This document shows, in pieces, positions 1 through 15,600 of a DNA stretch of 64,000 bases; within the stretch, counting starts at the first letter, position 1, and each line of letters begins with the position of its first letter. The stretch is from assembly GCF_009914755.1 (NCBI RefSeq), contig NC_060928.1. The stretch is one strand, 5' to 3'. The DNA is from the human T2T-CHM13v2.0 reference genome, Homo sapiens. Made by a program: the position numbers and the translations under genes. The notes under the pieces were generated by a model. The model worked only from the letters and a program-made list of their open reading frames with translations. It made no database searches and was not told the origin of the DNA.

Positions 1-3000
1 GTATATAATACATACTTTGGGTACTTTGATATTTTATGTACAGTATATAATCCATAGTTTGTGTACTTTTATATTTTATGTACAGTATATAATACATACT
101 TTGGGTACTTTGATATTTTATGTACAGTATATAATACATACTTTGGGTACTTTCATGTTTTATGTACAGTATATAATATATAGTTTGGGTACTTTGATAT
201 TTTATCTACAGCTTATAATACTTACTTTGGGTAATTTGATATTTTATGTGCAGTATATAATACATACTTTGGGTAGTTTGATATTTTATGTACAGTATAC
301 AATATATAGTTTGAGTACTTTGATATTTTATGTGCAGTATAAAATATATAGTGTTGGTACTTTGATGTTTTATGTACAGTATATATTTTGAGTACTTTGA
401 TATTTTGTGTACAGTTTATTATAAATGTTTGGGTACTTTCATATTTGATGTACAGTATATAATACATAATTTGGGCACTTTGATATTTTATGTACAGTAT
501 ATAATACATACTTTGGGTACTTTTATATTTTATGTACAGTATATAATACATACTCTGGGCACTTTGATATTTAATGTACAGTATATAATACACACTTTGC
601 GTACTTTGATATTTTATGTAACGTATGTAATACATACTTTGGGTAGTTTGATATTTTATGTACAGTATGTAGTACACACTTTGGGTACTTTGATATTTTA
701 TGTACAGTATGTAAAACATACTTTGGGTAGTTTGATATTTTATGATCAGTATATAATACACATTTTGGGTACCTTGATATTTTATGTACAGTATATAATA
801 CATACTTTGGGTACTTTGATATTTTATGTACAGTATATAATGCATACCTTAGGTACTTTGATAGTTTTTGTACAGTATATAATACATACTTTGGGTACTT
901 TGATATTTTATGTACAGTATATAATACATAGTTTGGGTACTTTGATATTTTATGTACAGTATATAATACATACTTTGGGTACTTTGATATTTTATCTACA
1001 GTGTATAATATATACTTTGGGTACTTTGATATATTATGTACAGTATATAATACATACTTTGGGTACTTTGATATTTTATGTACAGTATATAATACATACT
1101 TTGGGTACTTTGATATTTTATGTACAGTATATAATACATACTTTCAGTAGTTTGATATTTTATGTACAGTATATAATATATAGTTTGGGTACTTTGATAT
1201 TTTATGTACAGTATATAATACATAGTTTGGGTACTTTGATATTTTATGTACAGTATATAATACATACTTTCGGTACTTTGATATTTTATGTACAGTATAT
1301 AATATATAGTTTGGGTACTTTGATAATTTATGTACAGTGTATAACACATACTTTGGGTACTTTGATATTTTATGTACAGTATATAATACATACTTTGGGT
1401 ACTTTGATATTTTATATACAGTATATAATACATACTTTGGGTACTTTCATATTTCATGTACAGTTTATAATATATAGTTTGAGTACTTTGGTATATTATG
1501 TACTGTATATAATACATACTTTGGGTACTTTGATATTTTATGTACAGTATATAATACATACTTTGGGTACTTTGATATTTTATGTACAGTATACAATATA
1601 TACTTTGACTACTTTGATATTTTATGTCCAGTATAGAATATATAGTTTTGGTAGTTTGATATTTTATGTACAGTATATAGTTTGAGTACATTGATATTTT
1701 ATGTACACTTTATTATAAATGTTTGGATACTTTCATATTTTATGTACAGTATATAATACATACTTTGGGCACTTTGATATTTTATGTACAGTATACAATA
1801 CATACTTTGGGTACTTTGATATTTTATGTACAGTATATAATACATAATTTGGGTACTTTGATATTTTATGTACAGTATATAATGCATACTTTGGGTACTT
1901 TGATGTTTTATGTACAGTATATAATACATACTTAGGGTACTTTGACATTTTATGTGCAGTACATAATACATACTTTGGATACTTTGTTATTTTAAATACA
2001 GTATGTAATACATATTTTGGGTACTTTGATATTTTATGTACAGTATATAATACATACTTTGGTACTTTTATATTTCATGTACAGTATATAATATATAGTT
2101 TGGGTACTTTGATATTTTATGTACAGTATATAATACATAGTTTGGGTATTTTGATATTTTATGTACAGTATATAATACATACTTTGGGTACTTTGATATT
2201 TTATGTACAGTATATAATATATAGTTTGGGTACTTTGATAATTTATGTGCAGTATATAACACATACTTTCGGTAGTTGGATATTTTATGTACAGTATATA
2301 ATACATACTTTGGGTACATCGATATTTGATGTACAGTATACTATATATAGTTTGGGTACTTTGATATTTTATGTCGGGTACAAAACAAATAGTTTTGGTA
2401 CTTAGATATTTTATGTACAGTATATAGTTTGAGTACTTTGATATTTTATGTACAGTTTATTATTAATGGGTGCTTTCATATTTTATGTACAGTATATAAT
2501 ACATACTATGGGCACTTTGATATTTTATGTGCAGTATATAATACATACTTTGGGTACTTTGATATTTTATGTACACTACATAATACATACTTTGGGTACT
2601 TTGATATTTTATGTACAGTACATAATATATAGTTTGGGTACTTTGATATTTTATGTGCAGTATATAACACATACTTTCGGTACTTGGACATTTTATGTAC
2701 AGTATATAATACATAATTTGGGTACTTCCATATTTTATGTACAGTATGCTATATATAGTTTGGGTACTTTGATATTTTATGTCCAGTATAAAATAAAAAG
2801 TTTTGGTAATTCGATATTTTATGTACAGTGTATCGTTTGAGTACTTTGATATTTAATGTACAGTTTATTAAAAATGTTCGGGTGCTTTCATATTTTATGT
2901 ACAGTATATAATACATACTTTGAGCACTTTGATATTTTATGTACAGTATATAATACATACTTTGGGTAATTTGATATTTTATGTACAGTATATAATACAT

Positions 3001-3959
3001 ACATTGGGTACTTTGATATTTTATGTACAGTATATAATATATAGTTAGGGTACTTTGATATTTCATATACAGTATATAATATATATTATGTGTACTTTGA
3101 TATATTATGTACAGTATATAATATATAGTTTGGGTAATTTGATATTTTATGTACAGTATACAATATATAGTATTGGTACTTTGACATTTCATGTAAAGTA
3201 TATAGTTTGAGTACTTTGATATTTTATATACAGTTTATTATAAATGTTTGGGTACCTTCCTATTTTATGTAGAGTATATAATACATACTTTGGGAACTTT
3301 TATTTTATGTGCAGTATATAATACATACTTTGGGTACTTTGATATTTTATGTACAGTATATAATACATACTATTGGTACTTTGATATTTTATGTACAGTA
3401 TACAATATATAGTTTGAGTACTTTGATATTTTATGTCCAGTATAAAATATATAGATTTCATACTTTGATATTTTATGTACTGAATGTAGTTTGAGTACTT
3501 TGATATTTTATGTACACTTTATTATAAAAGTTTGGGTACTTTCATATTTTACGTACAGTATATAATACATACTTTGGGCACTTTGATGTTTTATGTACAG
3601 TATATAATACATACTTTGGGTTCTTTGATATTTTATGTACAGCATATAATACATAATTTGGGGACTTTTATATTTTATGTACATTATATTATACATACTT
3701 TGGGTACTTTTATATTTTATGTACGGTATATAATACACACTTTGGGTACTTTGATATATTATGTACAGTATATAATACATGCTTTGGGTACTTTGATATA
3801 TTATGTACAGTATATAATACATACTAAGGGTACTTTGACATTTTATGTACAGTACATAATACATACTTTGGGTACTTTGATATTTTATGTACAGTATATA
3901 ATGCATACTTTGGATACTTTGATATTTTATGTACAGTATATAATACATACTTTGGGTAC

Positions 3960-6600
3960 TTTGATATTTTATGTACAGTATATAATGCATAATTTGGGTA
4001 CTTCAATAGTTTATGCACAGTATATAATACATTCTTTGGGTAATTTGATATTTTATGTACAGTATATAATGCATACTTTGGGTACTTTGATAGTTTATGT
4101 ACAGTATACAATACATACTTTGGGTACTTTGATATTTTATGTACAGTATATAATATGTAGTTTGGGTACTTTGATATTTTAACTACAGTATATAATACAT
4201 ACTTTGGGTACTTTGATATTTTATCTACAGTATATAATAGATAATTTGGGTACTTTGATATATTATGTACAGTATATAATACATAGTTTGGTTACTTTGA
4301 TATTTTTTGTACAGTATGTAAAACATACTTTGGGGAGTTTGATATTTTATGAGCAGTATATAATACACATTTTGGGTACTTTGATATTTTATGTACGGTA
4401 TATAATACATACTTTGGGTACTTTGATATTTTATGTACAGTATATAATTCATACTTTGGGTACTTTGATATTTTATGTGCAGTATATAATACATACATTG
4501 GGTACTTCGATATTTTATGTGCAGTACCCTATATATAGTTTGGGTACTTTGATATTTTATGTCCAGTATAAAATAAATAGTTTTGGTACTTTGATATTTT
4601 ATGTACAGTATATAGTTTGAGTACTTTGATATTTAATGTTCAGTTTATTATAAATGTTTGGGTGCTTTCATATTTTATATACAGTATATAATACATACTT
4701 TGGGCACTTTGATATTTTCTGTACAGTATATAATACATACTTTGTGTACTTTGATATTTTATGTACGGTATATAATACATACATTGGGTACTTTGATATT
4801 TTATGTAAAGTATATAATATATAGTTTGGTTAGTTTGATATTTTATATACAGTATATAATATATATTATGTGTACTTTGATATATTATGTACAGTATATA
4901 ATATATAGTATGGGTTGTTTGATATTTTATGTACAGTATATAATATATAGTTTGGGTAGTTTGATATTTTTAGTACAGTATGTAATATATAGTTTGTTTT
5001 ATTTGATATTTTATGTACAGTATACAATATATAGTATTGGTACTTTGATATTTCATGTAAAGTATATAGTTTGAGTACTTTGATATTTTATATGCAGTTT
5101 ATTATAAATGTTTGGGTACCTTCATATTTTATGTACAGTATATAATACATACTTTGGGAACTTTTATTTTATGTGCAGTATATAATACATACTTTGGGTA
5201 CTTTGATATTTCATGTACAGTATATAATACACACTTTGGGTACTTTGATATTTTATGTACAGTATATAATACACCCTTTGGGTAGTTTGATATTTTATGT
5301 ACAGTATATAATACATACTTTGGGTACTTTGATGTATTATGTACAGTATATAATACATACTTTGGGTACTTTGATATTTTATGTACAGTATATAATACAT
5401 ACTTTGGGTACTTTGATATTTTATGTACAGTATGTAATACATAATTTGGGTACTTTAATATTTTATGTATAGTATATAATACTTACTTTGGGTACTTTGA
5501 TATTTTATGGACAGTGTATAATACATACTTTGGGTTCTTTGATATTTTATGTACAGTATATAACATATAGTTTGGGTACTTTGATATTTTATATACAGTA
5601 TATAATACATACTTTGGGTACTTTGATATTTTATGTACAGTATATAATACATACTTTGGGTACTTTGATATTTCATGCACAGTATACAATATATAGTTTG
5701 AGTACTTTGATATTTTATGTACTGTATAAAATATATAGTTTTCGTACTTTGATATTTTATGTACAGTATATAGTTTGAGTACGTTGATATTTTATGTACA
5801 GTTTGTTATAAATGTTTGGGTGCTTTCATATTTTATGTACAGTATATAATACATACTTTGGGCACTTTGATATCTTATGTACAGTATATAATACATACTT
5901 TGGGTTCTCTGATATTTTCTGTACAGTGTATAATACATAATTTGGGTACTTTGATATTTTATGTACAGCATATAATACATACGTTGGGTACTTTGATATA
6001 TTATGTACAGTATATAATACATACTTTGGGTACTTTGATATTTTATGTACAGTATATAATCCATAGTTTGTGTACTTTTATATTTTATGTACAGTATATA
6101 ATACATACTTTGGGTACTTTGATATTTTATGTACAGTATATAATACATACTTTGGGTACTTTCATGTTTTATGTACAGTATATAATATATAGTTTGGGTA
6201 CTTTGATATTTTATCTACAGCTTATAATACTTACTTTGGGTAATTTGATATTTTATGTACAGTATATAATACATACTTTGGGTAGTTTGATATTTTATGT
6301 ACAGTATACAATATATAGTTTGAGTACTTTGATATTTTTTGTGCAGTATAAAATATATAGTGTTGGTACTTTGATGTTTTATGTACAGTATATATTTTGA
6401 GTACTTTGATATTTTGTGTACAGTTTATTATAAATGTTTGGGTACTTTCATATTTGATGTACAGTATATAATACATAATTTGGGCACTTTGATATTTTAT
6501 GTACAGTATATAATACATACTTTGGGTACTTTTATATTTTATGTACAGTATATAATACATACTCTGGGCACTTTGATATTTAATGTACAGTATATAATAC
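3960..6600. repeat. Dispersed block duplicated at +13,281 (about 17240-19880) and partly at +30,710 (about 34690-36270)
   Basis: Pairs 4204/17485/34914, 4658/17939/35368, 5816/19097 and 6381/19662. Diagnostic variants include CTTCAATAGTTTATGCAC, TTTTAACTACAG, GCAGTACCCTAT and ATGGGTTGTTT. Confidence 0.88.
4608..4683. repeat. Example of the recurrent landmark doublet (35-bp + 41-bp truncated monomers)
   Basis: GTATATAGTTTGAGTACTTTGATATTTAATGTTCA (35 bp) is followed by GTTTATTATAAATGTTTGGGTGCTTTCATATTTTATATACA (41 bp). The same doublet recurs about 50 times in 1-36475. Confidence 0.9.
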
Positions 6601-9600
6601 ACACTTTGCGTACTTTGATATTTTATGTAAAGCATGTAATACATACTTTGTGCAGTTTGATATTTTATGTACAGTATGTAATACACACTTTGGGTACTTT
6701 CATATTTTATGTACAGTATGTAAAACATACTTTGGGTGGTTTGATATATTATGTACAGTATATAATACATACTTTGGGTACTCTGATATTTTATGTACAG
6801 TGTATAATACATACTTTGGGTACTTTGATATTTTATGTACAGTATATAATACATACATTGGGTACTTTGATATATTATGTACAGTATATAATACTTACTT
6901 GGGGTACTTTGATATTTTATGTACAGTATATAATACATACTTTGTGTACTTTGATATTTTATCTACAGTGTATAATATATACTTTGGGTATCTTGATATT
7001 TTATGTACAGTATATAATACATACTTTGAGTACTTTGATATTTTATGTACAGTATATAATACATACTTTGGATACTTTGATATTTTATGTACAGTATATA
7101 ATACATACTTTGGGTACTTTGATATTTTATGTACAGTATATAATACATACTTTCGGTACTTTGATATTTTATGTACAGTATATAATATATAGTTTGGGTA
7201 CTTTGATATTTTATGTACAGTATATAATACATACTTTGGGTACTTTGATATTTTATGTACAGAATATAGTTTGAGTACTTTGATATTTTATGTACACTTT
7301 ATTATAAATGTTTGGGTACTTTCATATTCTATGTACAGTATATAATACATACTTTGGTCTCTTTGATGTTTTATGTACAGTATATAATACATACTTTGGG
7401 TTCTTTGATATTTTATGTGCAGAATATAATGCATAGTTTTAGGTACTTTTATATTTTATGTACAGTATATAATACATACTTTGGGTACTTTGATATTTTA
7501 TGTACAGTGTATAATACATACTTTGGGAACTTTGATATTTTATGTACAGTATGTAATACATACTTTGGGTACTTTGATATTTTATGTACAGTATATAATA
7601 CATATTATTGGCACGTTGATATTTTATGTACAGTATACAATATATAGTTTGAGTACTTTGATATTTTATGTCCAGTATAAAATACATAGATTTCATACTT
7701 TGATATTTTATGTACAGAATATAGTTTGAGTACTTTGATATTTTATGTACACTTTATCATAAAAGTTTGGGTACTTTCATATTTTACGTACAGTATATAA
7801 TACATACTTTGGGCACTTTGATGTTTTATGTACAGTATATAATACATACTTTGGGTTCTTTGATATGTTATGTACAGCATATAGTACATAATTTGGGGAC
7901 TTTTATATTTTATGTACATTATATAATACATACTTTGGGTACTTTTATATTTTATGTACGGTATATAATACATACTTTGGGAACTTTGATATATTATGTA
8001 CATTATATAATACATACTTTGGGTACTTTGTTATATTATGTACAGTATATAATACATACTTAGGGTACTTTGACATTTTATGTACAGTACATAATACATA
8101 CTTTGGGTACTTTGATATTTTATGTACAGTATATAATATATACTTTGGGTACTTTGATATTTTATGTACAGTATATAATATATGATTTGGGTACTTTTAC
8201 ATTTTATGTACAGTATTTAATATATAGTTTGGGTACTTTGATATTTTATGTACGGTATATAATACATACTTTGGGTACTTTGATATTTTATGTACAGTAT
8301 ATAATACATACTTTGGGTACTTTGATATTTTATGTACAGTATATAATACATACTTTGGGTACTTTGATATTTAATGTACAGTATATAATACACACTTTGC
8401 GTACTTTGATATTTTATGTAAAGTATGTAATACATACTTTGGGTACTTTGATATTTTATCTACAGTATGTAATACACGCTTTGGGTACTTTGATATTTTA
8501 TGTAGAGTATGTAAAACATACTTTGGGTACTTTGGTATTTTATGGTCAGTATATAATACATATTTTGGGTACTTTGATATTTTATGTACAGTATATAATG
8601 CATAATTTGGGTACTTCAATAGTTTATGCACAGTATATAATACATACTTTGGGTAATTTGATATTTTATGTACAGTATATAATGCATACTTTGGGTACTT
8701 TGATAGTTTATGTACAGTATACAATACATACTTTGGGTACTTTGATATTTTATGTACAGTATATAATATGTAGTTTGGGTACTTTGATATTTTAACTACA
8801 GTATATAATACATACTTTGGGTACTTTGATATTTTATCTACAGTATATAATAGATACTTTGGGTACTTTGATATATTATGTACAGTATATAATACATAGT
8901 TTGGTTACTTTGATATTTTTTGTACAGTATGTAAAACATACTTTGGGGAGTTTGATATTTTATGAACAGTATATAATACACATTTTGGGTACTTTGATAT
9001 TTTATGTACGGTATATAATACATACTTTGTGTACTTTGATATTTTATGTACAGTATATAATTCATACTTTGGGTACTTTGATATTTTATGTACAGTATAT
9101 AATACATACTTTGGGTACTTTGATATTTTATAAACAGTATATAATACATACTTTGGGTACTTTGATATTTTATGTACTGTATATAATACATACTTTGGGT
9201 ACTTTTATATTTTATGTACAGTATATAATATATAGTTTGGGTAATTTGATATTTTATGTACGGTATATACTACATACTTTGGATACTTTGATATTTTATG
9301 TATAGTATATAATACATACTAAGCGCACTTTGATATTTTATGTACAGTATATAATACATACTTTGGTTACTCTGATATTTTATGTACAGTGTATAATACA
9401 TACTTTGTGTACTTTGATATTTTTTCTATAGTATATAGTTTGAGTACTTTGATATTTTATGTACAGTTTTTTATAAATATTTGGGTGCTTTCATATTTTA
9501 TGTACAGTATATAATACATACTAAGCGCACTTTAATATTTTATGTACAGTATATAATACATACTTTGGTTACTCTGATATTTTATGTACAGTGTATAATA

Positions 9601-12600
9601 CATACTTTGGGTACTTTGATATTTTATGTACAATATATAATACATACGTTGAGGACTTTGATATATTATGTACATTATATAATTCATACTTTGGGTACTT
9701 TGATATTTTATGTACAGTATATAATACATAGTTTGTGTACTTTGATATTTTATGTACAGTATATAATACATACTTTGGGTACTTTGATATTTTATATACA
9801 GTATATAATACATACTTTGGGTACTTTCATATTTTATGTACAGTATATAATATATAGTTTGGGTACTTTGATATTTTATCTACAGCTTATAATACATACT
9901 TTGGGTACTTTGATATTTTATGTACACTATATAATACATACTTTGGGTAGTTTGATATTTTATGTACAGTATACAATATATAGTTTGAGTACTTTGATAT
10001 TTTATGTGCAGTATAAAATATATAGTTTTCGTACTTTGATATTTTATGTACAGTTTATAGTTTGAGTACTTTGATATTTTATGTACAGTTTATTATAAAT
10101 GTTTGGGTACTTTCATATTTGATGTACAGTATATAATACATAATTTGGGCACTTTGATATTTTATGTACAGTATATAATACATACTTTGGGTAGTTTTCT
10201 ATTTTATGTACAGTATATAATACATACTTTGTTTACTTTGATATTTAATGTACAGTATATAATACACACTTTGCGTACTTTGATATTTTATGTAAAGCAT
10301 GTAATACATAATTTGGGCAGTTTGATATTTTATGTACAGTATGTAATACACACTTTGGGTACTTTGATATTTTATGTACAGTATGTAAAACATACTTTGG
10401 GTAGTTTGATATATTATGTACAGTATATAATGCATACTTTGGGTACTCTGATATTTTATGTACAGTGTATAATACATACTTTGGGTACTTTGATATTTTA
10501 TGTACAGTACATAATACATACATTGGGTACTTTGATATATTATGTACAGTATATAATACTTACTTGGGGTACTTTGATATTTTATGTACAGTATATAATA
10601 CATAGTTTGTGTACTTTGATATTTTATGTACAGTATATAATACATACTTTGGGTACTTTGATATTTTATGTACAGTATATAATACATACTTTGGGTATCT
10701 TGATATTTTATGTACAGTATATAATGCATAATTTGGGTACTTTGATATTTTATGTACAGTATATAATGCATACTTTGAGTACTTTGATATTTTATGTACA
10801 GTATGTAATACATACTTTGGGTACTTTGATATTTTATGTATAGTATATTATACATACTTTGTGTAGTTTGATATTTTATGTACACTATACAATATATAGT
10901 TTGAGTACTTTGATATTTTATGTCCAGTATAAAATATATAGTTTTCCTAATTGATATTTTATGTACAGAATATAGTTTGAGTACTTTGATATTTTATGTA
11001 CAGTATATAGTTTGAGTACTTTGATATTTAATGTTCAGTTTATTATAAATGTTTGGGTGCTTTCATATTTTATATACAGTATATAATACATACTTTGGGC
11101 ACTTTGATATTTTCTGTACAGTATATAATACATACTTTGGGTACTTTGATATTTTATGTACGGTATATAATACATACATTGGGTACTTTGATATTTTATG
11201 TAAAGTATATAATATATAGTTTGGTTAGTTTGATATTTTATGTACAGTATATAATATATATTATGTGTACTTTGATATATTATGTACAGTATATAATATA
11301 TAGTATGGGTTGTTTGATATTTTATGTACAGTATATAATATATAGTTTGGGTAGTTTGATATTTTTAGTACAGTATGTAATATATAGTTTGTTTTATTTG
11401 ATATTTTATGTACAGTATACAATATATAGTATTGGTACTTTGATATTTCATGTAAAGTATATAGTTTGAGTACTTTGATATTTTATATGCAGTTTATTAT
11501 AAATGTTTGGGTACCTTCATATTTTATGTACAGTATATAATACATACTTTGGGAACTTTTATTTTATGTGCAGTATATAATACATACTTTGGGTACTTTG
11601 ATATTTCATGTACAGTATATAATACACACTTTGGGTACTTTGATATTTTATGTACAGTATATAATACATACTTTGGGTACTTTGATATTTCATGCACAGT
11701 ATACAATATATAGTTTGAGTACTTTGATATTTTATGTACTGTATAAAATATATAGTTTTGGTACTTTGATATTTTATGTACAGTATATAGTTTGAGTACT
11801 TTGATATTTTATGTACAGTTTGTTATAAATGTTTGGGTGCTTTCATATTTTATGTACAGTATATAATACATACTTTGGGCACTTTGATATCTTATGTACA
11901 GTATATAATACATACTTTGGGTTCTCTGATATTTTCTGTAGAGTGTATAATACATAATTTGGGTACTTTGATATTTTATGTACAGCATATAATACATACG
12001 TTGGGTACTTTGATATATTATGTACAGTATATAATACATACTTTGGGTACTTTGATATTTTAAGTACAGTATATAATCCATAGTTTGTGTACTTTTACAT
12101 TTTATGTACAGTATATAATACATACTTTGGGTACTTTTATATTTTATGTACAGTATATAATACATACTTTGGGTACTTTCATGTTTTATGTACAGTATAT
12201 AATATATAGTTTGGGTACTTTGATATTTTATCTACAGCTTATAATACTTACTTTGGGTAATTTGATATTTTATGTACAGTATATAATACATACTTTGGGT
12301 AGTTTGATATTTTATGTACAGTATACAATATATAGTTTGAGTACTTTGATATTTTATGTGCAGTATAAAATATATAGTGTTGGTATTTTGATGTTTTATG
12401 TACAGTATATATTTTGAGTACTTTGATATTTTGTGTACAGTTTATTATAAATGTTTGGGTACTTTCATATTTGATGTACAGTATACAATACATAATTTGG
12501 GCACTTTGATATTTTATGTACAGTATATAATACATACTTTGGGTACTTTTATATTTTATGTACAGTATATAATACATACTTTGGGTACTTTGATATTTTA

Positions 12601-15600
12601 TGTACAGTATATAATACATACTTTGGGTACTTTGATATTTTATGTACAGTATATAATACATACTTTCGGTACTTTGATATTTTATGAACAGTATATAATA
12701 TATAGTTTGGGTACTTTGATAATTTATGTACAGTGTATAACACATACTTTGGGTACTTTGATATTTTATGTACAGTATATAATACATACCTTGGGTACTT
12801 TTATATTTTATGTACAGTATATAATACATACTTTGGGTACTTTCATATTTCATGTACAGTTTATAATATATAGTTTGGGTACTTTGGTATATTATGTACT
12901 GTATATAATACATACTTTGGGTACTTAGATATTTTATGTACAGTATATAATACATACTTTGGGTACTTTGATATTTTATGTACAGTATACAATATATACT
13001 TTGACTATTTTGATATTTTATGTCCAGTATAGAATATATAGTTTTGGTAGTTTGATATTTTATGTACAGTATATAGTTTGAGTACATTGATATTTTATGT
13101 ACACTTTATTATAAATGTTTGGATACTTTCATATTTTATGTACAGTATATAATACATACTTTGGGCACTTTGATATTTTATGTACAGTATACAATACATA
13201 CTTTGGGTAATTTGATATTTTATGTACAGTATATAATACATACATTGGGTACTTTGATATTTTATGTACAGTATATAATATACAGTTAGGGTACTTTGAT
13301 ATTTTATATACAGTATATAATATATATTATGTGTACTTTGATATATTATGTACAGTATATAATATATAGTTTGGGTAATTTGATATTTTATGTACAGTAT
13401 ACAATATATAGTATTGGTACTTTGATATTTCATGTAAAGTATATAGTTTGAGTACTTTGATATTTTATATACAGTTTATTATAAATGTTTGGGTACCTTC
13501 ATATTTTATGTACAGTATATAATACATACTTTGGGAACTTTTATTTTATGTGCAGTATATAATACATACTTTGGGTACTTTGATATTTTATGTACAGTAT
13601 ATAATACACACTTTGGGTACTTTGATATTTTATGTACAGTATATAATACACACTTTGGGGACTTTGATATTTTATGTACAGTATATAATACATACTTTGG
13701 GTACTTTGATGTATTATGTACAGTATATAATACATACTTTGGGTACTTTGATATTTTATGTACAGTATATAATACATACTTTGGGTACTTTGATATTTTA
13801 TCTACAGTATATAATACATACTATGGGTACTTTAATATTTTATGTATAGTATATAATACCTACTTTGGGTAATTTGATATTTTGTGGACAGTATATAATA
13901 CATGCTTTGGGTAAGTTGATATTTTATGTACAGTATATAATATATAGTTTGGGTACTTTGATATTTTATATACAGTATATAATACATACTTTGGGTACTT
14001 TGATATTTTTTGTACAGTATATAAAACATACTTTGGGGAGTTTGATATTTTATGAACAGTATATAATACACATTTTGGGTACTTTGATATTTTATGTACA
14101 GTATATAATACATACTTTGGGTACTTTGATATTTTACGTACAGTATATAATACATACGTTGGGTACTTTGATATTTTATGTACAGTATATAATACATACA
14201 TTGGATACTTCGATATTTTATGTGCAGTACCGTATATATAGTTTGGGTATTTTGATATTTTATGTCGAGTATAAAATAAATAGTTTTGTTACTTTGATAT
14301 TTTATGTACAGGTTATAGTTTGAGTACTTTGATATTTAATGTTCAGTTTATTATAAATGTTTGGGTGCTTTCATATTTTATATACAGTATATAATACATA
14401 CTTTGGGCACCTTGATATTTTATGTACAGTATATAATACATACTTTGAGTACTTTGATATTTTATGTACGGTATATAATACATACATTGGGTACTTTGAT
14501 ATTTTATGTACAGTATATAATATATAGTTTGGGTACTTTGATATTTTATATACAGTATATAATATATATTATGTGTACTTTGATATATTCTGTGCAGTAT
14601 ATAATATATAGTTTGGGTTGTTTGATATTTTATGTACAGTATATAATATATAGTTTGGGTAGTTTGATATTTTAAGTACAGTATGTAATATATAGTTTGT
14701 GTTATTTGATATTTTATGTACAGTATACAATATATAGTACTGGTACTTTGATATTTCATGTAAAGTATATAGTTTGAGTACTTTGATATTTTATATACAG
14801 TTTATTATAAATGTTTGGGTACCTTCATATTTTATGTACAGTATATAATACATACTTTGGGAACTTTTATTTTATGTGCAGTATATAATACATACTTTGG
14901 GTACTTTGATATTTTATGTACAGTATATAATACACACTTTGGGTACTTTGATATTTTATGTACAGTATATAATACACACTTTGGGTAGTTTGATATTTTA
15001 TGTACAGTATATAATACATACTTTGGGTACTTTGATGTATTATGTACAGTATATAATACATACTTTGGGTACTTTGATATTTTATGTACAGTATATAATA
15101 CATACTTTGGGTACTTTCATATTTCATGTACAGTATATAATATATAGTTTGGGTACTTTGGTATATTATGTACTGTATATAATACATACTTTGAGTACTT
15201 TGATATTTTATGTACAGTATATAATACACACTTTGGGTACTTTGATATTTTATGTACAGTATATAATACACACTTTGGGTACTTTGATATTTTATGTACA
15301 GTATATAATACATACTTTGGGTACTTTGATGTATTATGTACAGTATATAATACATACTTTGGGTACTTTGATATTTTATGTACAGTATATAATACATACT
15401 TTGGGTACTTTGATATTTTATGTACAGTATGTAATACACACTTTGGGTACTTTGATATTTTATGTACAGTATGTAAAACATACTTTGGGTAGTTTGATAT
15501 ATTATGTACAGTATATAATACATACTTTGGGTACTCTGATATTTTATGTACAGTGTATAATACATACTTTGGGTACTTTGATATTTTATGTACAGTATAT

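Noticed and set aside
2-8. TATA-box-like TATATAA/TATAAAT motifs as promoters
   Set aside because: They occur in essentially every monomer of a 76% A+T repeat and carry no positional information.
372-12928. A regular ~6-kb higher-order repeat (offsets 6,009 and 6,017 between 372/6381/12398)
   Set aside because: Only about 1-kb blocks match at these offsets. The intervening sequence differs and the next copy is 7,264 bp further on (19662), so this is block reuse rather than a fixed period.
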